Shown here in pieces: positions 1 to 11,644 of a stretch of DNA of 64,000 bases. The translations under genes were made by a program, and so were the position numbers. How positions within the stretch are numbered: position 1 is the stretch's first letter; each line of letters opens with the position of its first letter. Source of the stretch: Patellaria atrata CBS 101060. Its lineage: Eukaryota. The stretch spans positions 667,673 to 731,672 of the forward strand of contig MU006101.1 in the NCBI GenBank assembly GCA_010093705.1, read 5' to 3'. Below the pieces are notes generated by a model, which made no database searches, had not been told where the DNA came from, and saw only the letters and a program-made list of their open reading frames with translations.

Positions 1-976
1 TATCGCAAAGAACAGCCAAGCAGGATTTCAAAGATGTTGGTGGAACTTGAGTGTATGTTCCTAATGCGTCGAATATGGCGACGGCGTATCGGATATCACT
101 TTCGACATTCGTGGTCCGACACACGTTGATGACATTCTCTAGAAGTTGCTCCACTTCTTCTTCCGGAAAGACCTTGGAGTTAAAACGCGTAACATCAATG
201 ATGAACTGAAACAGCTGCTCTAGAAGGACATTTTCTTTGATTTCTACACCAGCTTTTGATTTTCCCCTTTCCTGCTTGCGCGCTAGGACGGTTGAACGTA
301 CGGTTCGTTCTAACAAGTCCCTAAGAAATGGTGCGATCATTGGTTCGAATCCATCGACATTCCGACCACCGTTAGTTAGTTCAACTAAGATGGGAAAAAT
401 CTGTTCGAATGATGGGTCGTTCTTCTTGCTTGAGATTACCTTGAAGAATACATTCCGTTCCATGGCACTAAGCGTTGGTACCTTTGCACAACTCTTCAAT
501 AGGTCATAACCTGCGCGTGTAGCATCTTGATGTTCGGCATTATCAATAAGATCACTAGCTGAAGACCAGATGGTCAAGATATCGCTGACTGCATATTCCT
601 CGACTATCTTGCAAAGATTCTGTGCTGCTGCCACCCTATCCTTTACATTAACGTAACCATGGCCACTTATTTGTTCCAGTAACTGGTTGAGTTCGTCAGG
701 TCCTCCGAGCACATGACCAGGTGGTGCAGTGATACCTTGAGCAGACTCTCCGCCAACATCTCCTATGCCGCTACCCCTAGCTATTGTTTGAAGCACAGCA
801 GTGCTGTCCCGCCGTGCAAATGCCGAACTGCCGGGAGTGATAATAGCGGAAGTAGACGGAGCTGCAGGAGGTGTTGCCTTAGCACGTCCGGTGAGAGCGC
901 GAAAAGCATCAATTATGGTGGAGGACGATTGTCGCCTGTCAGGAGTCTTCGGCCCATCATCTTGACTAGGAGACAT
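1..976 (-). CDS. TSC2: Tuberin (TSC complex GAP subunit), N-terminal part; runs off the window start
   Basis: Manual translation from the ATG at 976 gives MSPSQDDGPKTPDRRQSS...ILVELTNGGRNVDGFEP...LFQFIIDVTRFN...FDALGTYTQVPP...LAVLCDI, resembling the fungal tuberin N-terminal (DUF3384) region. It is absent from the ORF track because it has no stop in the window. Confidence 0.75.
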   Translation of the reverse strand, partial: MSPSQDDGPKTPDRRQSSSTIIDAFRALTGRAKATPPAAPSTSAIITPGSSAFARRDSTAVLQTIARGSGIGDVGGESAQGITAPPGHVLGGPDELNQLLEQISGHGYVNVKDRVAAAQNLCKIVEEYAVSDILTIWSSASDLIDNAEHQDATRAGYDLLKSCAKVPTLSAMERNVFFKVISSKKNDPSFEQIFPILVELTNGGRNVDGFEPMIAPFLRDLLERTVRSTVLARKQERGKSKAGVEIKENVLLEQLFQFIIDVTRFNSKVFPEEEVEQLLENVINVCRTTNVESDIRYAVAIFDALGTYTQVPPTSLKSCLAVLCD

Positions 977-1698
977 ATGTTCCAGATTATCAGGCCGTAA
1001 CTCGAGAGGACTTTTTTGTCAGGTTTATTGTGTCAGGCTGATTTCGTGGAGGATTCGAATTGAGTAAACACCGGAAGGATCAAGTGGAGAACGATTGCAA
1101 CGGTCTACTCAACCGCAGCTCTTGTGAGGTGTTGGGCGTGTACGAAATCTACCCAAGGCATGAGATTCGACAGTAGCCTGAAGATAGGAGAGAGAGTTGT
1201 AAAAGATAAGGACAGGGCGAGAAAATTTCGAACAATTAAGTCAAGATATCTCGCCCTAGGTAGATTGTTAAACGTGGGCAAACGCGAGCGCGTAGCCAAG
1301 AAAAAGGAAGGTCATGTCCATGACTTCATTCATAAAGTGAAGTCAAACTATATATATTTTAAGTGAAGTTTTAGTGGTGTGAGGTGAAGAGCTGTGGTGA
1401 GCACGAGGGTTGCGGGATGATGCTGTTGCGGGATATGATCTTCAATTGCTCGAACTTGAAAAAGCTGGGGTAAATGTTACAAAACCTGGACAAGCCTTGG
1501 CCCTTGAGCCCTGCCCACCGGCCGATCCGTCCCACACCGATAACCATCTAGCAGCGCCAAACCTACAATGGCTAAAGTGGAACGTTATTACAGTATCAAA
1601 ACTTCAGGTACAGATACTTTACGATGCTGAACAAAATACCAAACCCGTCACTTACTCTTGTTTACCAATACAATCCTCAGCTTCTTCATTCTCCCAAC

Positions 1699-4600
1699 AT
1701 GGCCGCAGACCTACCTGGTATTGCACGTCTTTTAGAAGCAAGTCTTGATCCTCGACACAATAAACAAGGTACGCCTCTAACATTTGCTGATTATTTTTCT
1801 GTACGACGCACTAAAGATAATCTATCCCGCGCGCAATGGTCTGCGCCGACTACCACCCGCGAAGGGAACACAGTCGGATACTGATTCTCCATGATAGGAT
1901 TTAGCTAACATCTTCTCATAGCCGAGGAAGCCATCAGTCGGGAAGAATCAAAACCCGGATTCTCTCTTACGTTATTGAACATCGTAGCATCAGATTCGTT
2001 CCCCATAAATACTAGACTCTCGAGCGTCCTCTGCTTCAAAAACTTTATCAGGCGTAACTGGACAGATGAGGATGGGAACTATAAGCTACCCGAAAATGAG
2101 GTCGTAGCCATCAAGAAGGAGCTGATAGGTCTTATGATATCTGTCCCTCAAACTCTACAGACACAATTGGGAGAGGTTATCAGTTTAATTGCGGATAGCG
2201 ACTTCTACGAACGATGGGAAACTTTGGTTGATGTATGTACCTTATATCAGCCTCAAATATTCTTACGTGCTAATAGACCTAGGATCTCGTCTCTCGACTT
2301 ACTACGGACAATGCCATCGTGAATAATGGAGTCCTACAGGTTGCACATTCGATCTTCAAACGCTGGAGACCTCTTTTCCGTTCCGACCAACTTTATACTG
2401 AGATTAATCATGTGTTGTCAAAGTTCAGCCACCCACTTCTGCTACTTTTACAGGTGAGAATAGATATCAATAATCCTAGTGTTAGGATCAGCGGACTGAC
2501 ATCATGTATAGAACACCGACAATTCCATTACCCAAAACCAGAACGACAAAGTTGGGCTAGAGCAATACTATACGACCCTTAATCTCATCGTCAAACTCTT
2601 CTACGATCTATCCTGTCAAGATTTACCTCCAGTATTTGAGGAGAATCTACAGGCGATTACCGCTCTTCTCCACAAGTATCTTGTTTACGACAACCCCATT
2701 CTCCATACTGACGATGAAGCCGAATCAAGCATGCTGGAGTTCGTGAAAGCGGGTATCTTCGAGGGGCTAATCTTGTATGTACAGAAATACGAGGATGCTT
2801 TAGGGCCTTTTTTAGGTCAATTCATTACAAGTTCTTGGAACCTTCTCACTACCATTGGGACAGAAACCAAATACGACATTCTAGTTAGCAAGGCATTGCA
2901 ATTTCTGACATCTGTCGCAAAGATCGCTCAGCATGCCCAGGCCTTCAACAGTCCAGAAACGTTGGGTCAGGTAGTAGAGAAGGTTATACTACCCAACTTC
3001 ACGTTAAGGGAATCGGATGTTGAGCTTTTCGAAGACGAACCGGTAGAATTCATCCGACGAGACCTCGAAGGTTCAGATAGCGAGACGAGACGGCGTGCGG
3101 CTACCGACTTTTTACGCCAATTAATGGAACAGTTCGAAAAGCTTGTCACAGATGTTGTAGGCACATATGTGAACCACTATCTCAGCGACTATTCGAAAGA
3201 CAAGTCAAAATGGGCATCAAAAGATACAGCGATTTACCTCTTCACATCCGTAGCTGCGAAAGGTGCATCTACCGCAGCTCTGGGCGTAAAGACACTGAAT
3301 CCGTATATCGATCTCCTCGATTTTTTTCAAAAGAATATTGTCGAGGATTTAACTTCGAACAATACCCATCCCATCCTCACTGTGGACGCGATCAAGTTCC
3401 TGTACAACTTCCGAAGCCAACTTTCACAGCAACACTGGCATGCAGCTTTCCCACTGCTTATTAACCATCTCGGCTCTTCAACCCACGTCGTATACACGTA
3501 TGCAGCAATCGCGGTCGAGCGTGCCATGTTCCTCTCTAGCCAGGGTCAACCACTCATCCCGGTAGCAGATGTCACTGCGCTGTCCAAAGATCTGCTACAA
3601 CACCTGTTCACGTTGATAACGAGAGATTCAGCGCCAGAGAAGATTCAAGAAAACGAGTATTTGATGAAATGCATTATGAGAGTCTTAATTGTTGTAAAGG
3701 ACGGGGTTTTGCCGATTCTGGACATGGTTCTCAATAATTTCATCAACATCACCAAAGTTATCCGTCACAATCCTAGCAATCCTCGGTTCTACTACTACCA
3801 TTTCGAAGGCATTGGAGCAGTTATCCGATTCTGTGGACCAACACAATCCGAGAAACTCGACTTGAGTCTACGTGATCCACTTGCTGGATGTCTCGAATCA
3901 GGCGTGACAGAATTCATGCCATACGTCTTCCAACTATTCGGCGCTTTGCTCGAACAAAATCCTTCCGTCACACTTCCAGAATTCTACAACGCCATCCTCG
4001 GACCGATCATTCTGCCCCCTCTATGGGAATCTAAAGGAAACGTCCCCGCTCTTACGCGTCTGCTCTCTTCCATGATATCCCGGGGCGCTGATGCGATCGT
4101 GCAAAAGGACCAACTGGTGCCCATCCTCGGCATATTCCAGCGTCTCATCTCCTTAAGAATGAACGAAAGTTACGGCTTCGACCTTATCGAAGTGATTATC
4201 GCCAACTTTCCTGTCAAAGCTCTCGAAGAGCACTGGGTCACAATCCTTCAACTTATCATGACTAGGCTCTCTTCCAAGAATAAGACCGAAAACTTCCAGC
4301 TTCGCTTTGTGCGTTTCTTCCACTTCATCTCCGCCCGTGAAGATAAGGGCCTCGGTTGCGACTTTTTCATCCAGGTTACGGATCGGATCCAGCATGAGTA
4401 AGTCTCCGTTCCCTGCCCTCCTCTCCCATATGAAACTATAATGCTTACCATACTTTTACCACAGCGTCTTCAAACAAGTCTACCTCTCCATAATCCTCCC
4501 AGACACCCAAAAGCTGACTCGCCCCACAACTCGCAAAACTGCTGTCATATCCTTCACCAAAATCCTCACGTCCAGCGAAGCCTTCGTATCCCGATACCCA

Positions 4601-4909
4601 AAAGGCTGGGCACTAACCTGCGACGCACTCCTCCAATTGCTAGTCAACCCCCCCGTCCCAACAGCGTCGGATGACGTGATTCCAGATCAAGATGTCGAGG
4701 ATGTGGGGTTCGGAGTTGGATTCACGCAACTGCAGACTTGTAAAGTGCAGATGAAAGATGACTTCCCGGAGGTTAGCGACGTGAGGGTATGGGTTGGAAA
4801 GGAACTGCGTGAGGGTGATCAGAGGACCGGAGGACGGATTGCGGGATGTGTGAGGGAGAGACTTAGTGAAGCCCAGAGGAGGAATTTGGAGGTTTACATG
4901 TCGGGTTAG
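1699..4909 (+). CDS. CSE1: Importin-alpha re-exporter (exportin-2/CAS), 5 exons
   Basis: MAADLPGIARLLEASLDP start, IBN_N-like FKNFIRRNW, and FEDEPVEFIRRDLEGSDSETRRRAA. GT-AG introns at about 1769-1921, 2233-2282, 2454-2511 and 4399-4464. C-terminal FGVGFTQL. Confidence 0.95.
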
Positions 4910-5672
4910 GAAAGTGGATAGAACATAGGGTGAATGGATAGGAGGTTTATGATAAGGAACAAAAATGGAGGCTAAGATGGTGCATGGAAAGGATAGGAGC
5001 GGAATCCTCTGGTAGGTCCACGGGCAAGAGCCGCGCAATTGTAGGTAGCTTAGATCGGAATATAGGTCCATTAAGAGTATAGTTATTATGATCTATCACT
5101 TATTACCAATTCATCTGCTCTGTACAACGGAATCCCCCGCACCAATTTTATCCCTGCCTCCTTTATTCCCCTTGCTCTCCTCCTTCTCCTGTCGTTTGTG
5201 TTGACCGATTGATTATTCTTACCCTATCATAAGGTACCATTACCTTGCTATTGACCCTATAAGGAACAGGTATAACCAGTTCATCACCCATCGCACAAAG
5301 CTTACCCTACCTTACTCACCTTTCCCAACAATGAAAAGTCGAGAAGGGAAGGACTAAATTCAAAGGAAAGTGACATCCAAAACAGCATCTCGATAACAAT
5401 TATCAAACCCACATGACCAAACTCCAAGAAATGGAAGAAAAAGAGCCTGAGCATTAAACAACTCTATATAAACATCCAGTCATTTTCATGCCAGTCATCA
5501 TAAGCAACATATCATCGTAAAACTTTTTCCCTCGCGTCATCTTCCTCTCATCCCCTCATTTCATTACCGTCTAATCCTGTCGTGTTCGTAAAAATGAGAA
5601 GAGTCATAACCGTAACCAAAAGATAAGAATAGAAACCCATCAAAAAAAATCATCATAAATCATTACCATCCC

Positions 5673-8060
5673 TCACAATCCCATGAAACCCCTCCCCATG
5701 ACCAACTCTCTAACACCCCACCTCCACCCGTCCCCAATGACATCTCTACTCTCCCCCACCCACCCGTCTACCCGTCTCCTCCACTCCCGCTCCTCTTCCT
5801 TCTGTCTCCGTATAAACTCAGGTCCTAAATCAAACTCCTCGCCCACAAACGGATCCATGGCTTTAGCTGAGGTATCTTTCCCTCCAGCCCCGAGAACAAC
5901 TTTATCATGATCTTCTTTCAGGTCGTCGATATTGGCGAAAGGGTCCGCCTCGTCGTCAACAGAGGCGGAGGGAGACATCGGATCCGCGAGCTTGAGCCAG
6001 CACATGCGGCGGGGATCGAAGACCATTCCGCGCTCGACTTGGACACCACGGGCTGTCGCAGACACGTTTGTGATAAGAGCCGGGACACGCGGTGGTGAGG
6101 GTGGCGGAGCGGGTATGTGAGTGGGTCGCAGGGAGGGTTGTTGGTTGTGCGGTGGGAGGGCCAGAGTGGTGGTCGAGGTGAAAGGGGTTAGGGCGGCTTC
6201 GTTACCTTCCCAGCGGTGGAGGTGAGGGTTGTAGAGCATACCTTTCTCATCTGAAATGAGGGTTAGTAGGTCATCAAGTGAATGGAAGGGGCGAGACATA
6301 CTCTTGGCGGTAGGAGCGTGCATCTGCTTGATTAGGAAGGGCTGTTTCCCTGTTCCTTTACCCTTATTTCGTTGTGATGAGGGACTATTGTGCGGACTCC
6401 TTGCTGCCACTTGAGTTTTCCAGTTGATCGATACCGGATTCAGGGGGCCTTCACCCCTCGATCGCGCACCAAGCCTCTGCTCCCTTGCGTTTCGACTCGC
6501 AGCTGTATCCCTTGCGAATCGAGGTAGATTTTCCATCTTTGTTGGACTACGTGGTGTAGCTGGCGGTAAAGGAGTTTGCATGCGCTCAGGATGGTGGGCT
6601 AGTCGGCTTACACTCTGCGTCTGCCTCAGCGTTTTTGGTGGACCACGGCTAACCGGCTGCTTGACGAATTTACTTTCTTTCGTGGCGGATGTTGGAAGGT
6701 CATCAAAGGCATCCAGCTCATTTCCATCGCCAAACTGACGACGGCGTATTGGTTGTTGGATCTGTTTCTGCGATGCAGCCGCACGAGCAAGTGACGGAGG
6801 GACGACGTCTCTACGATGTCCAGAGCGACTAGGAGTGTCGGGGTGTTGATTCACTGACATACGAGAATAAGAGCGCAGGGCAGGAGATACCGCGCGATTG
6901 GGATCAGAGTTTCCACGAAGATGGCCAGAAGATTGCTTAGATGAGATGTGGTGGGACCTCGCGGTCGAGTTTCCGGCAGGAAGGAATGGTTCCCTAGACT
7001 TGGGTGCTCCTGCATTGTAATTGCTGCGAAGAGCAGGGGCAGAGCGTTTGGAGCGAAGAAGTTGTGCACTTGTAGTCGTTGCAGTAGGACGAGGTTGGCG
7101 TTGGAATTGAGAAGCTCCAGATTCGTAGACTGGATCTAATCTTGGTGGTTTCGACAACGAAGCCAAAGGACGAGGAATTCGTGATACAGTAGGTTTATCA
7201 GTGAACGTTACTGTAGTCGCCGCGGCGCGAGAAGCTGGAGTTTGGCCTTTGGAATTCTTGACCTTCACGTTCCGATTAAGAGTAAGCTTCTTGGGATCGA
7301 AAACGTCGGCCCCGGCTAAGTCAAAGTCGGCAAAGAAATCGTCATTCTCGGTGGGAGTTTTGGGTTCCGGTAAAGGAGAGGATTGAAGTTGTGGCGGCAT
7401 GGGTTTCGGTGAACAATCTTGTGGTGGAGGATAGGGCGATTCATTGAATGCATCATGTTCGAGTTTTCTCCGTTTAGCTAGCATAGCATTGAAGTCGACA
7501 GGTTTCTCGGGCAGCACGAGACCGTTAAGTTCGTCATCGTCACTTTCTAAAGTCATGCAGCTTCCCACACTTGGACTCATTGCAGAGACGGAAGAGCCTC
7601 TATTTCGTGCTTCCCGTCTCGTTCCTCCAAAGCGAATGCCCAAGCTGCCTTCCGCCCATTCAATGTCTTCATTGTCGTCTGCAGGCGCGGAAGGTGTGAC
7701 GGGTGTCCTAAGTTTCAGTCCTCCACTTGCTGGAAGCTCCAGATCTTCTTCCCAGTCATCTTGCACCTTTTGTCGTGATTTTTTCTTTCCTAATCGTTTT
7801 ATAGTTCCACCAAGTAGCGCGGATGAAGGCACACTTCTCGGAATGGGTATTCCAGCTTGTTTTACGGATTGTATAGCTTTGATTGTAGATGATTCGTCGT
7901 TTGGGGTCAAAAGAACCTGCCAGTCTTCGTCTCCAGCAAGCGATTCGGAGTGGACGGACAGACGTGATGACAAGGAAGTCTGCACGGTTGAGACAGAGTG
8001 GGCAAAAAGATCTCCTTGAAAATCGACATCGTCGTCCCAACTTTCCACTTGCGTCGCCAT
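5673..8060 (-). CDS. byr4: Cytokinesis/septation regulator Byr4/Bfa1-like (two-component GAP scaffold)
   Basis: Starts MATQVESWDDD and contains FGDGNELDAFDDLP, GMLYNPHLHRWEGNE and GMVFDPRRMCW repeats typical of Byr4/Bfa1. One short in-frame intron at about 6252-6299. The ORF track's upstream GTG start at 8276 is unlikely. Confidence 0.8.
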   Translation of the reverse strand: MATQVESWDDDVDFQGDLFAHSVSTVQTSLSSRLSVHSESLAGDEDWQVLLTPNDESSTIKAIQSVKQAGIPIPRSVPSSALLGGTIKRLGKKKSRQKVQDDWEEDLELPASGGLKLRTPVTPSAPADDNEDIEWAEGSLGIRFGGTRREARNRGSSVSAMSPSVGSCMTLESDDDELNGLVLPEKPVDFNAMLAKRRKLEHDAFNESPYPPPQDCSPKPMPPQLQSSPLPEPKTPTENDDFFADFDLAGADVFDPKKLTLNRNVKVKNSKGQTPASRAAATTVTFTDKPTVSRIPRPLASLSKPPRLDPVYESGASQFQRQPRPTATTTSAQLLRSKRSAPALRSNYNAGAPKSREPFLPAGNSTARSHHISSKQSSGHLRGNSDPNRAVSPALRSYSRMSVNQHPDTPSRSGHRRDVVPPSLARAAASQKQIQQPIRRRQFGDGNELDAFDDLPTSATKESKFVKQPVSRGPPKTLRQTQSVSRLAHHPERMQTPLPPATPRSPTKMENLPRFARDTAASRNAREQRLGARSRGEGPLNPVSINWKTQVAARSPHNSPSSQRNKGKGTGKQPFLIKQMHAPTAKSMSRPFHSLDDLLTLISDEKGMLYNPHLHRWEGNEAALTPFTSTTTLALPPHNQQPSLRPTHIPAPPPSPPRVPALITNVSATARGVQVERGMVFDPRRMCWLKLADPMSPSASVDDEADPFANIDDLKEDHDKVVLGAGGKDTSAKAMDPFVGEEFDLGPEFIRRQKEEEREWRRRVDGWVGESRDVIGDGWRWGVRELVMGRGFMGL

Positions 8061-8410
8061 TGTGACACGCAGTTTCCTCCTCTTCTTAAGTGGTGGTGAT
8101 AGAGTTGGGGGTTGATAGTTGAGGTGAGGTTGAAGGTTGGAGAGAAGCGAGAGAGAGGACCGGAAAGGTCTGCAGTGCAGAGCGAGCGGAAGGCTGGTGG
8201 GTGTGACGGTGTGACCAGCCAAGGGGGTCCCTTCCAGTTTGAATCCAAGCGGCCAACAAGGGAAGTCGCGGGCCACCGTTCAGGCCATGCACGCTAAAGT
8301 GGTAACGCCTATCAGGCTATCTGTGCCTGTCCGTGCCCCTACCGAGGAGCACCAAGACCCTTCCCACGCTTCCTTCCACCTCAACACTCTCCACAGCACA
8401 TACACGTAAC

Positions 8411-8517
8411 ACGCGCGACATAGAATAGTCCAACTAATCGCATCGGTCAACGTGTATATGCATTTCATCCACTTCGACTCGCGACTTATAGAGTAAGTCG
8501 AAATATTCATCACGCGT
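8411..8517. promoter_or_regulatory. MCB-like (ACGCGT/CGCG) elements in the divergent byr4 / XRCC4 promoter
   Basis: ACGCGT at 8512-8517 and ACGCGCG at 8411-8417 lie between a cell-cycle gene and a DNA-repair gene. Confidence 0.4.
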
Positions 8518-8845
8518 TAGACGTGACAAAAGATCTCAAGTCAGTAGTGTGTCAGGGGATATGCCTAACCTTAGCACCTTTTGTATCACTGCTTAGTCTA
8601 GCTTTAGTTACGTACTACAAGTAACAAAATCTTCGAACAAGGGCACAGCTGCCTACACTACTCCAAGCTTTTTCTCTCTATTTCTTGTTTCAAAAGACGC
8701 TCCAGTTTCATCTGGATTCAACTCTTAAGTTCAGGATTGTTCATCAACCGGGTAAATACTTCAGGTTTCTCTTAAGCTTCTGGAATCCTCACTGGCCACC
8801 CGCCTTATAAGGACGTGATCCTTGATCCAGGTTTCCAAATTTACG

Positions 8846-10147
8846 ATGGCGGATCAACGCGTCATTCGTATACCGAGATCTGATAAGGACGATGGATCTA
8901 TCTTGTTACTACATGTTTCAAGGACTGGACAATCTCCTCTCGATGTTAGGTTGACCGCAACCGAACAGGAACACGTGTATGTGCACTCGTGTTAGTACCA
9001 CACATCCAAGACTTATAGCAGACGTTTTATAGATGTCAATATCTGACATCGATGTAGTGCGCCATAAGAAGATTGCACAGTTGCAAAACCACAGATATAA
9101 GGGGAGTTCGGATGACTGGGAGGCGGTACTTCGAGTATCATTGCTTCGAAATCAAAACGAACTCAGAGCTCGGCATAAGGATGTCCTTCAAGGGGTGGAA
9201 CTTGTAGCTGAGATTAAAGATGATGGGAATGCTAATATCGCTTTTCTCAAAACCCTGGAAAGCGGCATCAAGGTTCGCATGTCCAAATTCGTCACTCAGG
9301 TTGGTTCCACTAATCCTAGCAATAGCAACGGTTGGGTGAAATCTCGCTCAAGCAAAATGATGACCAAGAAGTAGATCTGTTTGCCTGGCTTGACCAGACC
9401 CTAAAAGAAATGGAAGAAAACAGAGACACTGTTTCAGACTTGAACGCGGAGAACGAAGCACAAGCCCTTACTATCAAGAAACTGAACGACCAAATTGCCG
9501 ATTTCATCAAAGCGAAAGAGGAACACGAAAATGCTATGCTACAGAAGTTCTGCGTTTTGTTGAACAATAAAAAGCTCAAAATTAGAGACCAACAGCGACT
9601 CCTAGCAACAGCAAAGGTTGACCCCGATGCGGGTGAGTATGGGCTAGTTTGGGACGCACGACATACGGCTAACAGTTCCACAGCAGCGCAAGTGAGCAGC
9701 TCACGCGGCGGCGCAAGGACTCGCAAAGCAGGTGCCTCACGGACAGGTAAACGTAAAGCTAATGAAGCTAATGCTGTACCTGAATCAGAAGGAGATCCTG
9801 GTGAGAGCGATCACAGAAAGGCAGAAAATGAGCTCGATGAAGATATGGAAGCTGCGACTACTCCTGAACGGACCGACGATAAGACTGCGGATGAAGATGA
9901 AGACGATATAGCACCCGAGGGCGACTTACCCGAGGGTATCGGCGCGTCTAAAGGTAAATCTGCAGTGAGGTCGGGGCTCGAGGACTCGAGAAATTCGAGC
10001 AGTCCCGAAGCTCCTCCTCCTCGCCGCGACCTTCCGTTTGCAAAGCACAAGACACGGCAATCTGCGCCTGAGCCTGTGAAAGAAGCGCCCAAGGCTGCTG
10101 CGAGCACCAACAACGGAGACGAAAGTACCGATGACGACGAGTTATAA
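8846..10147 (+). CDS. XRCC4: XRCC4/Lif1-like non-homologous end-joining factor, 4 exons
   Basis: N-terminal head (LHVSRTGQSPLDVRLTATE; QRLGEISL), coiled coil with KFCVLLNNKKLKIRDQQRLL, and an acidic tail ending ESTDDDEL. Introns at about 8991-9057, 9273-9324 and 9633-9683. Confidence 0.8.
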
Positions 10148-11644
10148 CGCCGTGCACCATATGGCGGCATATGCGGTATTGCACGCACCGAAAACAAGCT
10201 ACGAGTCTAAATCGATCGCTCATAGCGGAGCATGGGAATAGATCCAACGGTGACAAGCTGCATTTCCTTAAGTGTTTCTCTCTCTACAGTTGAATGCTAA
10301 AGAATCCTTCAAACTTATTCAGCTGCATGTTTCTAGGTACGTTGGATGGAAGTTTTTGGCCATGTACCGCCGAATTTGGAATGTTGCTAAGAAATCTCCC
10401 ACTTACAGCCAGTGATCTTCGGAGTTTAAGAGGTACTACAACAACGGCCGAGGAAGCAGAGTATTGGAATGCAAGGGAAAAGTCGGAGAAGAGGTGGAAT
10501 TGGATATTGTCGATGTCAGATTTGGACTTTGTGTGATGGTGGGGAGTTAATATAGAACAGCTGTAAGGGCCGAGTTTCTTTCAGCCCTCTTATTAGCCTT
10601 GGGGCCTGCTAGAAATAGGCTCTTGCGCAACTTCCCCCAGGCTTGAATCGGTTTAGCTTCCGCTATTATGCTATTATTTGGCTGACTGACTGACAGAGCG
10701 ACGACCGAAGACATGGAGCCTTACATCAACTTCCTCAACCTGTAGAGTTGCGAAAAGTGCTTACCTGCACCACAAGGAAGCACGAGCATACTGCAAATTC
10801 TGCAACAGATACTCTCAAGTTACCGATTAGGGAATATCAGGGTGAAGGAACGTGGAGCAGACTTGTGCGCTGTGCATCCTGATGGTGTAGAACATAGCGA
10901 TCGACACACCCGCACTCGCCTACTACCAGACCTTCATCTACTGAAAAGAGCAACTACGTCAACTCCTGGTATTATCATGTAGATAGGCCCAATACTAAGC
11001 TGACAACAGTGTCGCAAATGCAAAAAGATGCAGATTGCTATTGATGATTTGATGAAATCTGATGAATTTGCTACTGTACTTTGTCTTTCACCCTCCCTGT
11101 TTTTGGCCTTTCTGCGCCATCAGCCAACGAGAACAAGGCATACCTAATCGGCTTGCGCCCAGCTTCAACATCACGACCAGCGTCACAGCGCTCGCCTCAA
11201 ACTGCCTCCAAAGAGAACTCCAAATATTTCCACCACCTCCCTCAGCAACCCTTCTATCTTTACCATAGAGTATGCAGTGTCGTGTGCGACACAAATCCAC
11301 CCCAACTTCTTTATCGTAGCGTCGTGCATACTTTATACTGTATACATTATCTCCCGGCCCCTCGGACGTTGACTGCAGTTACCTTCCCACTCCGCCGGAA
11401 TGCTCATTACTTCGAACATTCAATCTAGGACTGCGGCGAGCGTATAGGCAGCGGAACGTCCGCTAGCAGCTCTATTGAGTAAGTCAAGAAAAATGCTACG
11501 TGACTTTCACTTCTCAATGGAGCATGTGACGCTATTGTCGAGGTTCGAAGCTAATTGTTCAACGCGCAGTGAATGGTCATTGAGCCTGCCTCAGCGGACA
11601 ATACAGACCTCAAGCTATTGATCGTTACGCTTCTCTAACATTTA

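Noticed and set aside
10294..10540. Possible F-box/2EXR-like relic on the minus strand (QFHLFSDFSL)
   Set aside because: The similarity is too short and there is no supporting frame.
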